A stretch of DNA of 64,000 bases from Candidatus Omnitrophota bacterium (GTDB lineage Bacteria > Omnitrophota > Gorgyraeia > Zapsychrales > JANLHA01), in NCBI GenBank assembly GCA_020632535.1, contig JACKFJ010000002.1, forward strand, positions 190,331 to 254,330. Reading direction: 5' to 3'. A program made the translations under genes and the position numbers. Position 1 is the stretch's first letter. Every line of letters begins with the position of its first letter. The notes beneath the pieces were generated by a model that saw nothing but the letters and a program-made list of their open reading frames with translations, was not told the DNA's origin and searched no databases. Shown here one piece after another: positions 1 through 12,500 of the stretch.

Positions 1-520
1 CACATAAGCTCGGCCAAAAATCACCCACAATCCTAAGATTTGTGGAACGGAAAGTTTGCTCAACATTTTAACGTTGGTAATAAATCCAGCAATTGCAGTT
101 TTAGCTAAAGCTCCTGCAACGGCTTTCAAGATTAAACCAACGCCCGCCAAAATAACAATCGCCGGGAAGATATACGGAAGAACCGCGCTCACGCCCGCTG
201 CGGCAAAGATCGAAAGCGGAACTATCGAAGCGGCAACTGGTAAGTTAAAGATACCAAACACCACCATTGCCGCTCCGACAGACGGTCTTAATCCTTCACG
301 CAAAATATTGACAAACATTGTGCGACGTTTTTCGGTGGTAACAAAAGCATGTTTCACATGTGCGGAAAGTGCAGCTACTACAACTAGCCCAACCGCAGCT
401 ACTAACACGGCCACTAAACCAAGTGTTGAAATAGCAACCACATCGATTGTCGCGGCCACGGCCATGGCCGGGGTCGACACTGTTAACGCAACAATGCCGA
501 CCCCGATAGGACCGACCTTA
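1..520 (-). other. Polytopic hydrophobic segment, in frame with the giant ORF and running off the window edge
   Basis: The translation reads ...LAKLAKVGPIGVGIVALTVSTPAMAVAATIDVVAISTLGLVAVLVAAVGLVVVAALSAHVKHAFVTTEKRRTMFVNILREGLRPSVGAAMVVFGIFNLPVAASIVPLSIFAAAGVSAVLPYIFPAIVILAGVGLILKAVAGALAKTAIAGFITNVKMLSKLSVPQILGLWVIFGRAYV. It contains at least 4-5 TM-like helices. It may be the C-terminal part of the giant protein or a separate membrane protein (see findings). Confidence 0.5.
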
Positions 521-3500
521 GCTAATTTAGCTAAGTTGTAACTTTGACGCTGTTGTGTAGCACGGAACGCCTTTGTCTGTAATTGCTTTAAGGAGAAGCT
601 CGCGTACGCTTGAGTATTCATTCTCGTTGCGAAGCTCAACCCACGTCCCACTAAGGCCGTTGCGGCGATAAATCTTCCCTTTGTGGTTAAAGACAAGGAA
701 GAGAAGCGATTTACCACTTGCGCGCTCTTTGGCTGAGCCAAAGACACAATCACAACGTGGAACATCGATAAGATACTTGAATTCGATGTTGTCATACGTT
801 TTTCCTGTTTCGACGATACGGGTATTAAGTGTAACCATTGTAGACCTCCTGTTTGAAGGTGATTATTTACGTTATTAGATTTACCAACAAAAATACCCCA
901 AACGGCTTTGGCCACATTGGCTAAGCTGTTTAGGGTACGGGTGTTCACTTTCGAATTTAAGGTAATAACAGAAGTAACGGCAGATTTGGCTTGGGAAGGA
1001 GTTGCAGAAGCCACTAAGCTATTACTGGAGTTGAGCTCACTACGTGCCAAATGATTGGCAATGAGCTTAGAAACAATGACAGTCACAAAGCCTGTAGCAA
1101 AGAAATAGGCTTGCGCTGCGATGTTCTTGACCAAGAAGCCAAGATCGAGGAGTGATTTATACAGACTCTTGTTGCCAGAGAAACTATTTTCTACGTTTGT
1201 GGTATTATTGCGTTTCTTTTGTTCTCTGACAGGTGAAGAGGAAGCTTTAATGATTATTGAAGAAACACGAATAGCTCCGGCTGTTTTGCCCTCTCTTGAG
1301 GAAACCCACAACCCGAGAACTGCAGAAGACGCTTTAATGCTGCGTCCAAGTATGTTGTTACTTGTATTTATAGCAGATGCCGCACGAACAGCGGACAGTC
1401 TCACCAATTCTCCTTCAGACACATAACTCACATCGAAGGTACCGGCTAAGACATCTATTACTGCATTATATTCAGATCTAATTGCGCGACCCAAGACTAC
1501 GAGGATCAACGCTAATTTCTTGAGCAACGTCAATCCTGCACGCACCTCAAGAACCTTAACAACTTGAATTGTGTTATCATTAGTTCTTACACTTCTAGAA
1601 CCTTTGACAACGACATAATTCGCATCGTCTTTCGAATTGCTACTTACTTTGTTTCCTTTACTGCTTTGATCAGCCATTTTCACAGCTAAAGCAGCAACAA
1701 CATCAGAACGAATACTTCTACTTCTGCTACGGACTACATTTACAGTATGTACAACACTTTGTGAAGCAACCTTCAATACAACACTTACTTTTACTGCGTA
1801 TTCACGGATCAGATCCAAAACATTCTGGAATAATCCGCTTGCTTCTACCTTAGTTCCGGCAGTCACACTGCTTGCACCTCTCGATGCTTCAGGCAACACT
1901 CCGAGAACCACGTTCAACGAACTACTGCTATTTGTTTCTACTACCTTACGAATCGATTCAATACCAGATTTGGCTATATTAACCACAACCTTGGCAACTT
2001 CCCCGAACAAACCGGGCACCAAAATGGCGGCAAAAGCACCAAAACCAATATTTCGACTCACAGAACGGATACTGCTGTTACGTACTTCTGTTTCTTTTGT
2101 TACTTTGCTGCTCTTTACAATACGTGATGCATTTACTTCAACTACGGTATTTCTTGTCCTCTCTGTCTCTACCGCTTCCGAAGCCTTTGAGGAAAGGCTG
2201 GAAGCTGTCAGCGGCGTCGGGCTCAGACCGGTAGAGGCGAATCGAGTCGTCCCCTGCTTGTCTGCTCCCGCATTTCTATTTAAAACAGTGTTTTGATTAT
2301 CTGGTTTTGCATATGAACTTGCATACAAATCCGCTGCGCTATGAAAGACTTTTGCTGAAGCCAAAACGATAGCTGTAGGCGCTTTTGGACCCGTATTGCC
2401 GCCCGTATTACCGTTGCCTGTGTTAGGATCGGGCGGAAGATTTGAAGATGTTGGTCCCGGTAAATTAGGCGCACTTATCGGAATGGCTTTCTGCGAATTT
2501 TTATCCTCAGAATGCTCACCGCTATCAAAAGGTATTCCCGGATTAGTTACAGCCAAGCTAATAAAGAATGTTGGCGGTAATTGCATAGTTGGCGGAGCCA
2601 ATGGAGCCGGAACAGGAATGGCTGGAGTCAAAATAGGCGTTAAAGTCGGCACTTCAATTGTGCCAACGTTTGCATTGCCCTCAACAGCAGGTTTGGCAGA
2701 AAGCGCAATGAATTCTTTGATTTGTTCAGCGCGAGAAATATCTTTCTTCTTATCAGCATCGCGATAGCGAACGGTCGTAGCGGCTTGATCAACAACAATT
2801 ACCAAGCCTTGTTTAATTTGATCAGGCGTATAGGTAATATCTTTGCCGAGGCTAGAGATAAAGCCGCCCGAAACTAAAGCAACAAAGATGCCTTTCTTAG
2901 AAAATTCTACAAATTTCTCTATAGAGTCTAGGCTTGTCAAAACAGCTTCTGGACCAGAGAGAATAATAAGAGAAGATGGTAACTTGACTAAAGCTTTTTC
3001 GGCTTTATCTGTATAGTAATCGCGAGCTTCTTCGGGGCTAAGCGCAGAAGATGAAGCCACGAAAACTGAACCAACAGATTCAACAGCAGAAGATCCTTTT
3101 GTACTGCCGCGCTTTTCATTGATGCCAACTTTATACTTAGCATAAATTTCTTGCGCTAACTGCTGCTTGGTTGCTTCAAAACTTTGAGCCTCAGCAAAAA
3201 TCACATCATATCGATCGCTTGTATATAGCTTGACAAAATTCCCACCAGTTGTCGTCAAACCTAACGGAGCGTGCTGTGTTAATTTGAGAAGCTCTAAAGC
3301 ATGAAAAGGTGCCAAATCCCCTTCACTCGTGTGGGCAAAATCTCGGGTATCAACAATACTGATTAAAATACGCGGATTAAGATCATTAACCGTCTTGAAG
3401 TTCGCTTCAATCGCATCAGCAAATTCACCAAACAATTGTAAAACTTGATCCGGGTTATAACCGTTAATCGGAATAGCAACCAAACCTTCTTCAGGCGGAG

Positions 3501-6500
3501 CACGGGCTTGAATCACGTTAGGAATAGATAACTGCTGCAAAGACTTTTCAATCGAATCAACAATACTCAAAATCGCCTGATCGCCGCCTTTATACCCAAA
3601 AACACTGTTGATCGCCTTGAAACGAACATGCTCATCAAATAAAACTGTTAAGTCAGATCGTTCAGCCGATGTCTTAGTCGCGAGAAAATCTGCAATTCTT
3701 CCGTCAGGGCTAAATTGCGGCGAAACCTTAACAATAATAAATTCTTTGCCAGCCGTGAGCGCATTAGCGATCAAACCATGGAAAGCTTCTTGCTTAAGTA
3801 CACCATATTCCGATTCAATTTGATCAGAATAAATCGATTGACCCGCATACGCTTCCGAAAGAACTCGCGGACCATTAGCTAAACGCTGAGCAAGAGAATC
3901 CTTTAATGCAATTTCAACACCCGGTTTGCTCGTTTCAATCCCCTTATCGTGTGTATGCACAATTTCTGCGGCTTCAAAACTAACAGCGTCACCACCATTA
4001 TCTTTAGCAAATTGTAAACGTTGATTCGCGGCAACAAGCATTGCACCAAACCATTGATGGACATCATTGCCTTCATTGACGCCCGCATCATTAGCCTTCA
4101 CGACACCAGCAGAAAAATAAACATCCAACGGATCGATACGCGATTTCATCTCACCAAGAATATTGGCTACTTCCTCTTGCGTCGAAAATGACGAAGGAAG
4201 AACAACCGCAACTTCATCGCCGGTATACAATCTAAATGCATAACCGCCATAAGATTTAGCAATTTCAGCAATAGCCGATAACATTACCCCAAGCTTCACA
4301 TTAACCTTCTCTTTACCATTCCCCGTCAAACCGCCAGCCAAAGTATTGAGAACTCCAATCTTGTCAACATCAAGAACGGCAAGCCAGAGATTTTGATCAT
4401 TTGGCAATGTTTTTACAAGTTGCGCAATACCCTGTTCGCGATCCATTATGCCATTGGCAACAAGAGGCGATGACACACTTAACGGAAGCGCTGGTGTCAA
4501 TGTCGGCATTGTCGGAACAATAGCTGGCACAGATGGTGCGACGATCGGAGCGGCAACCGGCGCGCCGGAAGCATTCACTGAAAGGGCAATTGCGTTCTTA
4601 AGTATATCTTCTGGGCTTAGCGCAACTTTACGCTTGGCAGCATCTGCCGCGTCTAAAAAGCGAACCTTCGCATTTTGATCTTCTAAGGCAACCAAAACCA
4701 AACCGCCCTTTAAGACATCTTCAGCGGTGCCTGATTGAGAAATATTACCTTGAGCATCAACCGTATAGATTTTGCCAGCTTCGACTATATAAACAGAATT
4801 GTTGCCAGCAAATTGCACAGCCTTCTTCAATGTTGCCGAATCGTAAACTAAGGCACTTGCCGCCGTAACAGTAATTAACGGTATGACGCCTGTAGCTTTA
4901 TCAGCAAATTTCTTTTCAGCCTTTTCGAGGTAGAAATTAACAAGTTCTTGACCTTCCGCGACACTCGATGAAGCGACGAAGACAGAACCGACTGTTGAAG
5001 AAATCTTACGCGCTTGGCTTGTGCTTACAACAGCAACTGTTGCCGGCTTAGCAATAACCGGAGTTTGAACAACAGCCGGCTTGCTTATTGCTGCAGCAGG
5101 CTTCTTCAAGAATGCGTTTGCCACTCTTTCAGCTAATGATGTCGGAGCTTTTACCTTCACAGGAGCTTGTACGGCAGCAAGCTTGGTCGTCGATTGCGCC
5201 GTAAGCTCAGCGGCAAGTCGCGTGTTAGACTCTGTCAATAATTCCGCCCATTTCACAGTTTGTGTTACAAGAGCCAAACTGGCAGGAACTTTGATGATGG
5301 GCAATGCTTGGTCGGTCTGCTTTTCGATCTCTACTGCCACAGCACCGGCCAACAAAATACCCAACGACTGAATCACGTTTTCGGACTCTTCACTACTAAC
5401 GCCTGATAAAATATTATTCGTAGATTTTACCGTCGGAATTGTTCCATCAGCGTTGAGCATTAAGACAAATTTATTATCAGCTGTTTGGATAATCTTACCG
5501 GCATAAGCTTGTGCGGTTTGAGGTGTTGCGCGAAGTACATATTTTTCACCCTTGATTTGACCAAAACGTTTTGCAGCTTCTTCGCGATCTTGCGAACTTA
5601 ATCCGATTAATTCTTGGTCAACATTCAAGACGTCTTTAACAGTAAGATTAACAACCTCAAAGACCTTATCGCGATCGACATTAAAGAGAATGATGCGTGG
5701 GTCAAGCACAGAGTTCGCGGCAAATTGACGAACTGCCACAGAAGCGCTCCATGGCTTAAAGTTACTATCAACCAAAACTAACCCCGACCCAGCTTCGGCA
5801 ATGGCGACGTCTTGCAAAGCACCTTCTTGCGTAACTTTTTGCAAACCATCAAATTGTGGGTTGAAGATATAAACAGAATTTTCTTCACCCAATTCTTTTA
5901 CGAGACTTACTAAGTCGTCATTATTTTCGGGAGCAACATTATCAAGGCGAACAAAAACTGGCCGGCCAAAAGATTGATCAATAATGTTTTTGATAAACTG
6001 CGCGTCGCCATTTAATAAATCGCGAACTTGAGATATTTTAAGAATTCCTTCCAGATTTTCTTCTGAAGCAAATGTCGCATCGACCGGTCCACGTTCGACA
6101 ATTTGTGAACTGGCCTGAATCATGCTGCCGACGGGAGAGGTTGAAGCCAAAGCACTGGTTGACTTTTCAATATTTGGAAGCACACCAACTGCTGGGCTCT
6201 TCAAACCATTAAACGAAATCGGCAATATAATTTGCGGAGCCATCGGTGGCAATAAATTTGAGAAGCCTAAAACATGTGATGAAAAATCTTTCGCAGCTGA
6301 CGGCGTGGCGAGATTTGCATTGGCCGGCATACCAAAATTTAATGGCGTCGTGTTGTTTACAAACGTTCTTGTTGGGCTGGTTGCATTTAAGTTTGCTGTC
6401 GCTGATGGGAGAGAAGTGGAATTGTTGCCATTAATATTTTGCGTCATTGTGTTCGACGCCATACCAGATCCGGCATAAACCTCATTAATACTGCCATCAT

Positions 6501-9500
6501 TTGTACCACCAACCGGCGCAACTAAACCACCATTCAAAACTGGCTGCGAGCCGATATTATTGGACACAATTGCTTGTGTTGCGGCAGAACTTGAAACAGA
6601 GTTTACGCTATCTGCAAAACCGCCATTATTCAAATTCGACACGCCAGAATTTTGTAACACAGCGTTGGCTGATGATGTCAATGAATTTAGGCTAGAAGAT
6701 GAGGAACTTGCCTGCGCCTGTGAATTATATGAAGAGCCCGCCATGCCATATACAGCAGTTGCCGCCACAGATGAAACATTCATTCCTTTAGCAAAATTGC
6801 CGGATGTATTCAAAGCGAGAATATTTAAAGAAGAAAATGAAGTATCAACTTTTGCGGGGGCAGTACCTGCTTGAGAAGTGTAGTGGTTAGCCCAGGGGTG
6901 GAAATCACCATCTCCGGGTCTTCCTTTACCTTTGCCTTCTTTGTCAGCTTCCACTGCTTTGCTCGCTAACTTACGAGCACCACCTTCAAAAGTCACTTCT
7001 CCTGATTCTGCACCCGGCTTAGCGGTAGGTTTTGGTGCATTAAAGCTTCCGGCTTTTTTGGTAACTTTTTGAGCTCCGGACGCATTACTTGGCTTTGCTG
7101 GTGAGTTTGATTCAAGAACCGCCGAACCGACAACTTTCTTAGGGCCACCAACAGCAACTGGTCGGGAAGCCAATCTTAAAATGGAATTGGCTTTGTCGGG
7201 GCCACCAGCAACAAGCTCTGGATCTTTACCGCCAGCAACAACTACCGCAGAAGAGCTCGGTGGAATTTGGCTAGCAGCTTTTAACAAATCATCTGGACCA
7301 CCACCAGCGATTTGCTGTTGCTCACGAGCTGTGGTCGTTCTCGGTTTTATTTCAACCACATTACCTACAGCGTCGCGAACAATTTCCTTACCTGTTGATT
7401 GCGCAATCGTTTCCTGATGTTTGTCAGATTGAATAGCGATGTCGGGACGGCGTTGGCTTAAAATATCCCGGAAACGAGAATAGGGCATTGACGCCAATTC
7501 ATTAATAAACGCAAAGTCGGATCTGCCAAACAAACTGCGTACCGGCAACATATCATTCATTGACAAACTTTCAAAAACTTCAGCGTTTGCAACTTTTTGA
7601 TGGCCTTGCACTAAACCACTATTGTGTAACCAGAATTTAAGACCGACGTATGTTGCAAAAAATTCGTTGGCGGTTTTATTATCACCGAAGCGCAAAACAC
7701 TACCTAAAACTTTATTATGTTGGGCAGTAATTTGATCGCGAAGATTTTTAACTGCCTCGAAATCAACAACCTTCTCAGCCCGGAGAGCAGTAATTTGAGA
7801 CTGCAGTTTTTGAACTTCAGATAGAGCATCATCCTTTTGAACATTCAATTCAGCCATCTGCAAATCACTCAAATCGGCAAAGAACTGTCCGTCATCATTA
7901 ATAAATTGAGCAAATGCTTCAAGATATGGCCTGGCTTGTTCCGGATTCATCTTAGAAATAGCGTCAAGAGTCAAATGGCCTGCCACTTCGTGGCCACGAT
8001 CATGATGTAATAATGTTGCATCCAAACGGCCAGAGTAGCGATTAACGGCACGCGGGTTGACTTTAACAATAAATGGGCCATCTTTAGAAATCTGTTGGGC
8101 TTCAGCCAAAGCTTCACCATGACGATACATCGTACCGGCATCGGTATAAACCCAAGCATTATTGCTGACCAGTTGATTATTTAAAACCGTGCTAACTAAC
8201 GTGACTGCTTGTTCTTGTTCCTTCGACATGTCTGCATTCGTGTAAGCTAATTTTATCAACTCAGCGATATGACCATCATTGTCTAAATTCGTCAATGCTG
8301 AAGCGACATTGCGATAAACTTCTTTGGCTTGTTCCTGTCCTGAAGTTGTCGCAACCAACTTTTGTGCCTGCGCAACATACGTTGCTTGGGCAGGTTGTAA
8401 TTTTGCGAGATTCTCTTCAAGCTGAGCAACTTTATTTTCAAACTCATTATTAATGATTGCGACTTCTTCTGCAGACTTGCCTTCCGTCGCTTGCTTTAAT
8501 TCTTTCCCTAATTTATCAATCAAGGATGTGCGCAAAGCACTCACATATTGATCGGTGCTTGCTTTCAATAATTCCGGCGTACCAAGAATTTTAACAAAAG
8601 CTTGCTCTTCTGAAATTCCGCTGGCTACCGCCATCTCTTTAACTTTAGCTACAGTCAAATTCACTAAGTAAGGACTATCCACACTAAACAATTCCGGTTG
8701 GCGGTCAGTATAATTTGGCGAAACAACTTCATAAACGCTCACCGACGGTAAATCGCTTTCAGCAACCTTGGCGTGGCTTAAAGCTTTATTAAATCTCATA
8801 ACATCAAGATTAGCCTTTGCAAGTTCAAGTTCTTGACCATTCAAACCAAAAATAGTAGATGACAATTCGCGACGAGCTTCATCGCTAATTCCAGCGTCTT
8901 TAAGTTTTTGATCAAATGCACTTTGCACTCTAACAAAATTGCGTGAATCCAAATATGGTTCATCTGTCACATCATTTAATGCTTTGGTAAGCGCATTAGC
9001 CATTAAGCTGACCACAGCTGACCTTGCTATAGGCTTCAATGAAACCAAAGAAGCATCATGCTTCTCGATTATCGCTGTTAATGATCCCCAGCCCTTAACT
9101 AAGCTAGCGTGTGCTTTCATATCTGTAACCGTCTTACTGTCAACAAAACGGCTTCTTACCACGGGTATAACATTTCTTAATGCATAAGGACTGCTCTGGC
9201 GTAATCGTGCAACTCTGGCATCTGAATCAGTTTGATATTCAAAAGTATCGCCTGTTAAAAGGTATGTTAAATAATCGCGTCCTTGTCCAGCTGGCATCGT
9301 TGACAAAAGTTTTCTTTGGAAATATGCACTCGGTTTTTCGAGAGAAGGTTTACGGCCAGCTATCGTCAATGCTTTATCAAATCTCTGCTCATCTTTTAAG
9401 CTCAAATTATTATCTTCACCGATTCGATCTCTGGCTGCATTAAGATAAACCAGCATTTTGTCGCGATCACTATAATAATTTAACGGCATGGCCATCGCTA

Positions 9501-12500
9501 ATTCTTCTCCTAAGACCGATGCGGTCGCATTAAGAACGCGACTCGTATGCTCCGCGGAACCTCCACCTAACTGGAGAAGGCGACGAGTATCATCAAGACT
9601 TACTAAACGAATGGGCTGCTCTACCGGTTTTTGGGATGGGCTAACTCGTGCAGAAACTGTCAATCCTTGTGCTAAATCTTCGATCAACCCACCAGCCTGT
9701 TTTACAATATATTGATTTAATGCCGGTGCTGTTGCTTTGAAATGATCATAACTAAATTCTTGGTTTTCATTTTTACGTTCGCCTCTAATAATTTGTACTT
9801 GTTGCAAACGTGCTAAACGGGCTTCTTGTTCACGCTGAGGAGTTAAAGCATTGCCTTGATCAGATTTAATGTCAATCGCATCCGTTAATACAAAATTATA
9901 AATCCACTGCATCGAAGGCGCGATTGTAGCTGGTATTGTCGGAATTGGCGATTGCAGTTGAGTTTTAATCGCTTCAGTAACCGCGTTAAAGTCGGCATTC
10001 GAAATGCTCTGCAAACGATCCGTAATAATTCGTGCTTCTTCTGCTTTAGTGCTTTCCGTATTGATGGAAAACTCTTTATAAAGAGACGGCCCCGCAATCT
10101 TTTGTTGCATCAACTGCACAACATCTGTCGCCTTTAACGATTCATCACCTTGAACGGCCGCATAAATTTCATCAATCTCTGCGTGCAACGCTGTTGTATT
10201 TGCAGAACGAACACCGTAGCGGACGCTGATCTGATCTTTGATTTGTGCTAAGCGTTTTGTCGCTTTTGCTTTTTCATCAGTATCTTTTGAACGTCCTTGC
10301 TTGGCAAGCGTAACAAGCCCTTGAGCAATAGCTTCAATATTCGCCTCCTGCACAGCCTGACGCAAAGCTCCCTCACTGCCACCAGCTAAATTGCCTTCAA
10401 GTCTAGATGTAACACGCGCTAAAGATTGACGATATTGATCATCGGTCGCAACTTGTTGCGTTAAAACTAAAATTCCACGCGGCAAATCATTTTGGAAGGC
10501 GGATAAAACACCCATAATGTGCTGCGGCATCACTGGTTCAACAGCCGTGCGCTTATATAGAGCAGAACCCTGCAAGAAGCTGTAAACACCCTGAAAATGC
10601 TGTATCTGTTCCGGTGTTAAACCAAAGTATTGATAGACCGCTTTTTTAACGTCTTCTTCTTTAACCTTCTGCTCCACCATTGTCTTATGATTAGCGCCAA
10701 TCTTAGCATCAATACGCTTTGCAATATCATCAAACCAAGAATTCATAACAGGTGATTGATCTACTGCTTTTTGACCCGCCTTAACTTCCGGCATAACGAT
10801 ATTGCGTGACCCTAAATAATTTGTGACAGACGGGCGATCATTCCAAAGCGCCTGATCTTGTGCCAACTCTTGCAAAACTTCCATAACTTGTTTTTGTGTA
10901 TTGTTCGCAGAGCTTGAACCTGGGAAATACTGCTTACTGGCACTCATCGCATCGGAAAATGAACCATTTTCTAAAACATAACTCGTAGAATTCCATGTAT
11001 TTTTAATACCGTTGAAAGCACCAGTTGTTGCAGATTGTGGAATCGGATTTTGAGTAATCTGAATAATATTAGCTAAAGCTTTTCCACCTTCACTGGTTAA
11101 ACCATAGCCCGCCATAAATTCGGCAAAATCATGCCGAGCGCGCAAATCAGTCCGCAATCTAGCTGCAAGCTGCAAATTACCCGCCTTAGCAGCAACTGTC
11201 GGCGCAGATTCATAATATTGTTCGACACGACCATTCGATCCATCAGTAACGCGAGAAGCAAGTTCAGTCGCGGTAAACATGCGGGCAATTTCTTGTGTCG
11301 CTTCATGCAACGTCAACTTTGGTAATAAATTCGTAGCCTCCGTTCCACCAACTTTCCCGTCAGATGTTCCAGTTTCAAACGGCTTGATTTGCGATGTAAT
11401 CTTCATCGCAGAGTCTGCGTATTGACGCACCTGCGAATCCTCTATCCGATCATACAACGGACCAATGGCTTTCTTAACCAAGCCTTCAATGCGCTTAACC
11501 TGCGCATTAAGAAGCGATAAACTCACCCCCTCCTCAGATAAATATTTACTATCATCAACATTCACATCGCTTTGGTATTTCTTAAGCATTTCCAAAATTA
11601 CGCCTTCATCACCACTCTTATTCTTGCGGGCAATTTCAAGCATATTGCGGAAATAATTCGCGCCGTTTTCTTGCAACACATCACGCAAAGCCGAATGACG
11701 AGCGTCGAGACCTGCCTGAGTTTCGTTAGCTTGCAAGCGATCTCTTAAGACCTCGCGATCACCAGCTTCTAATACTGTTGCTTTCGCGGCATCTTTATCT
11801 AAAAACACAATACTGCGATTATTTGCTAATTTGACCGGCTTGCCATTGACTTGACCAGCGCTACCCAATGGATAAAAATATTCACCTTCGCCAAACACAC
11901 CACGAGCACGAGCCATAACCTGTTCAAAGTGAGTCGCGTGCAAAGCCTCATTGGCTTTGTCAAAAATTGCGACATATTGCATCATGTCAGAGGCATCACG
12001 CACATCTTTAGACTGTTGTGCTTTTTGCTCTACCGAGAGAGTTGTGTCGTTTTTTATCTTTGTTAATTTTGCGCTCGATGCCGAATCAATCGGTTTAATC
12101 GAAGTATCAAAACCTTCCAAATTAGCTTTATCCAAAATCATCAAACTCTTTTCGACATTAGTCTGAAAATAATTTCTAGCTAAACCAGATGTAATTTCCT
12201 CCGACGGTCTTCTTGCCAGAACTTGCTCAACAGTGGCTTCTCCTGCCTTATAGACCTCGGCCTTATCGCCAACCATAATCACAACATCATTATTAAGTTT
12301 GCCGTTTGTCGAAATTTGATCCACCATGCCACGCAAAACTTGCCCGAGTTCATATTTTTCCGAACCATAACCGACAAGCAAATCATGTTTTAATCTTGCG
12401 CCCGCGACATGAGAAGAAACAACTTCATGCCCCGCGCCGGCGGCATTCACGCGACTTATATTTTGAACATAGCTTAACGCATTACGATCAATGAGCGCAT

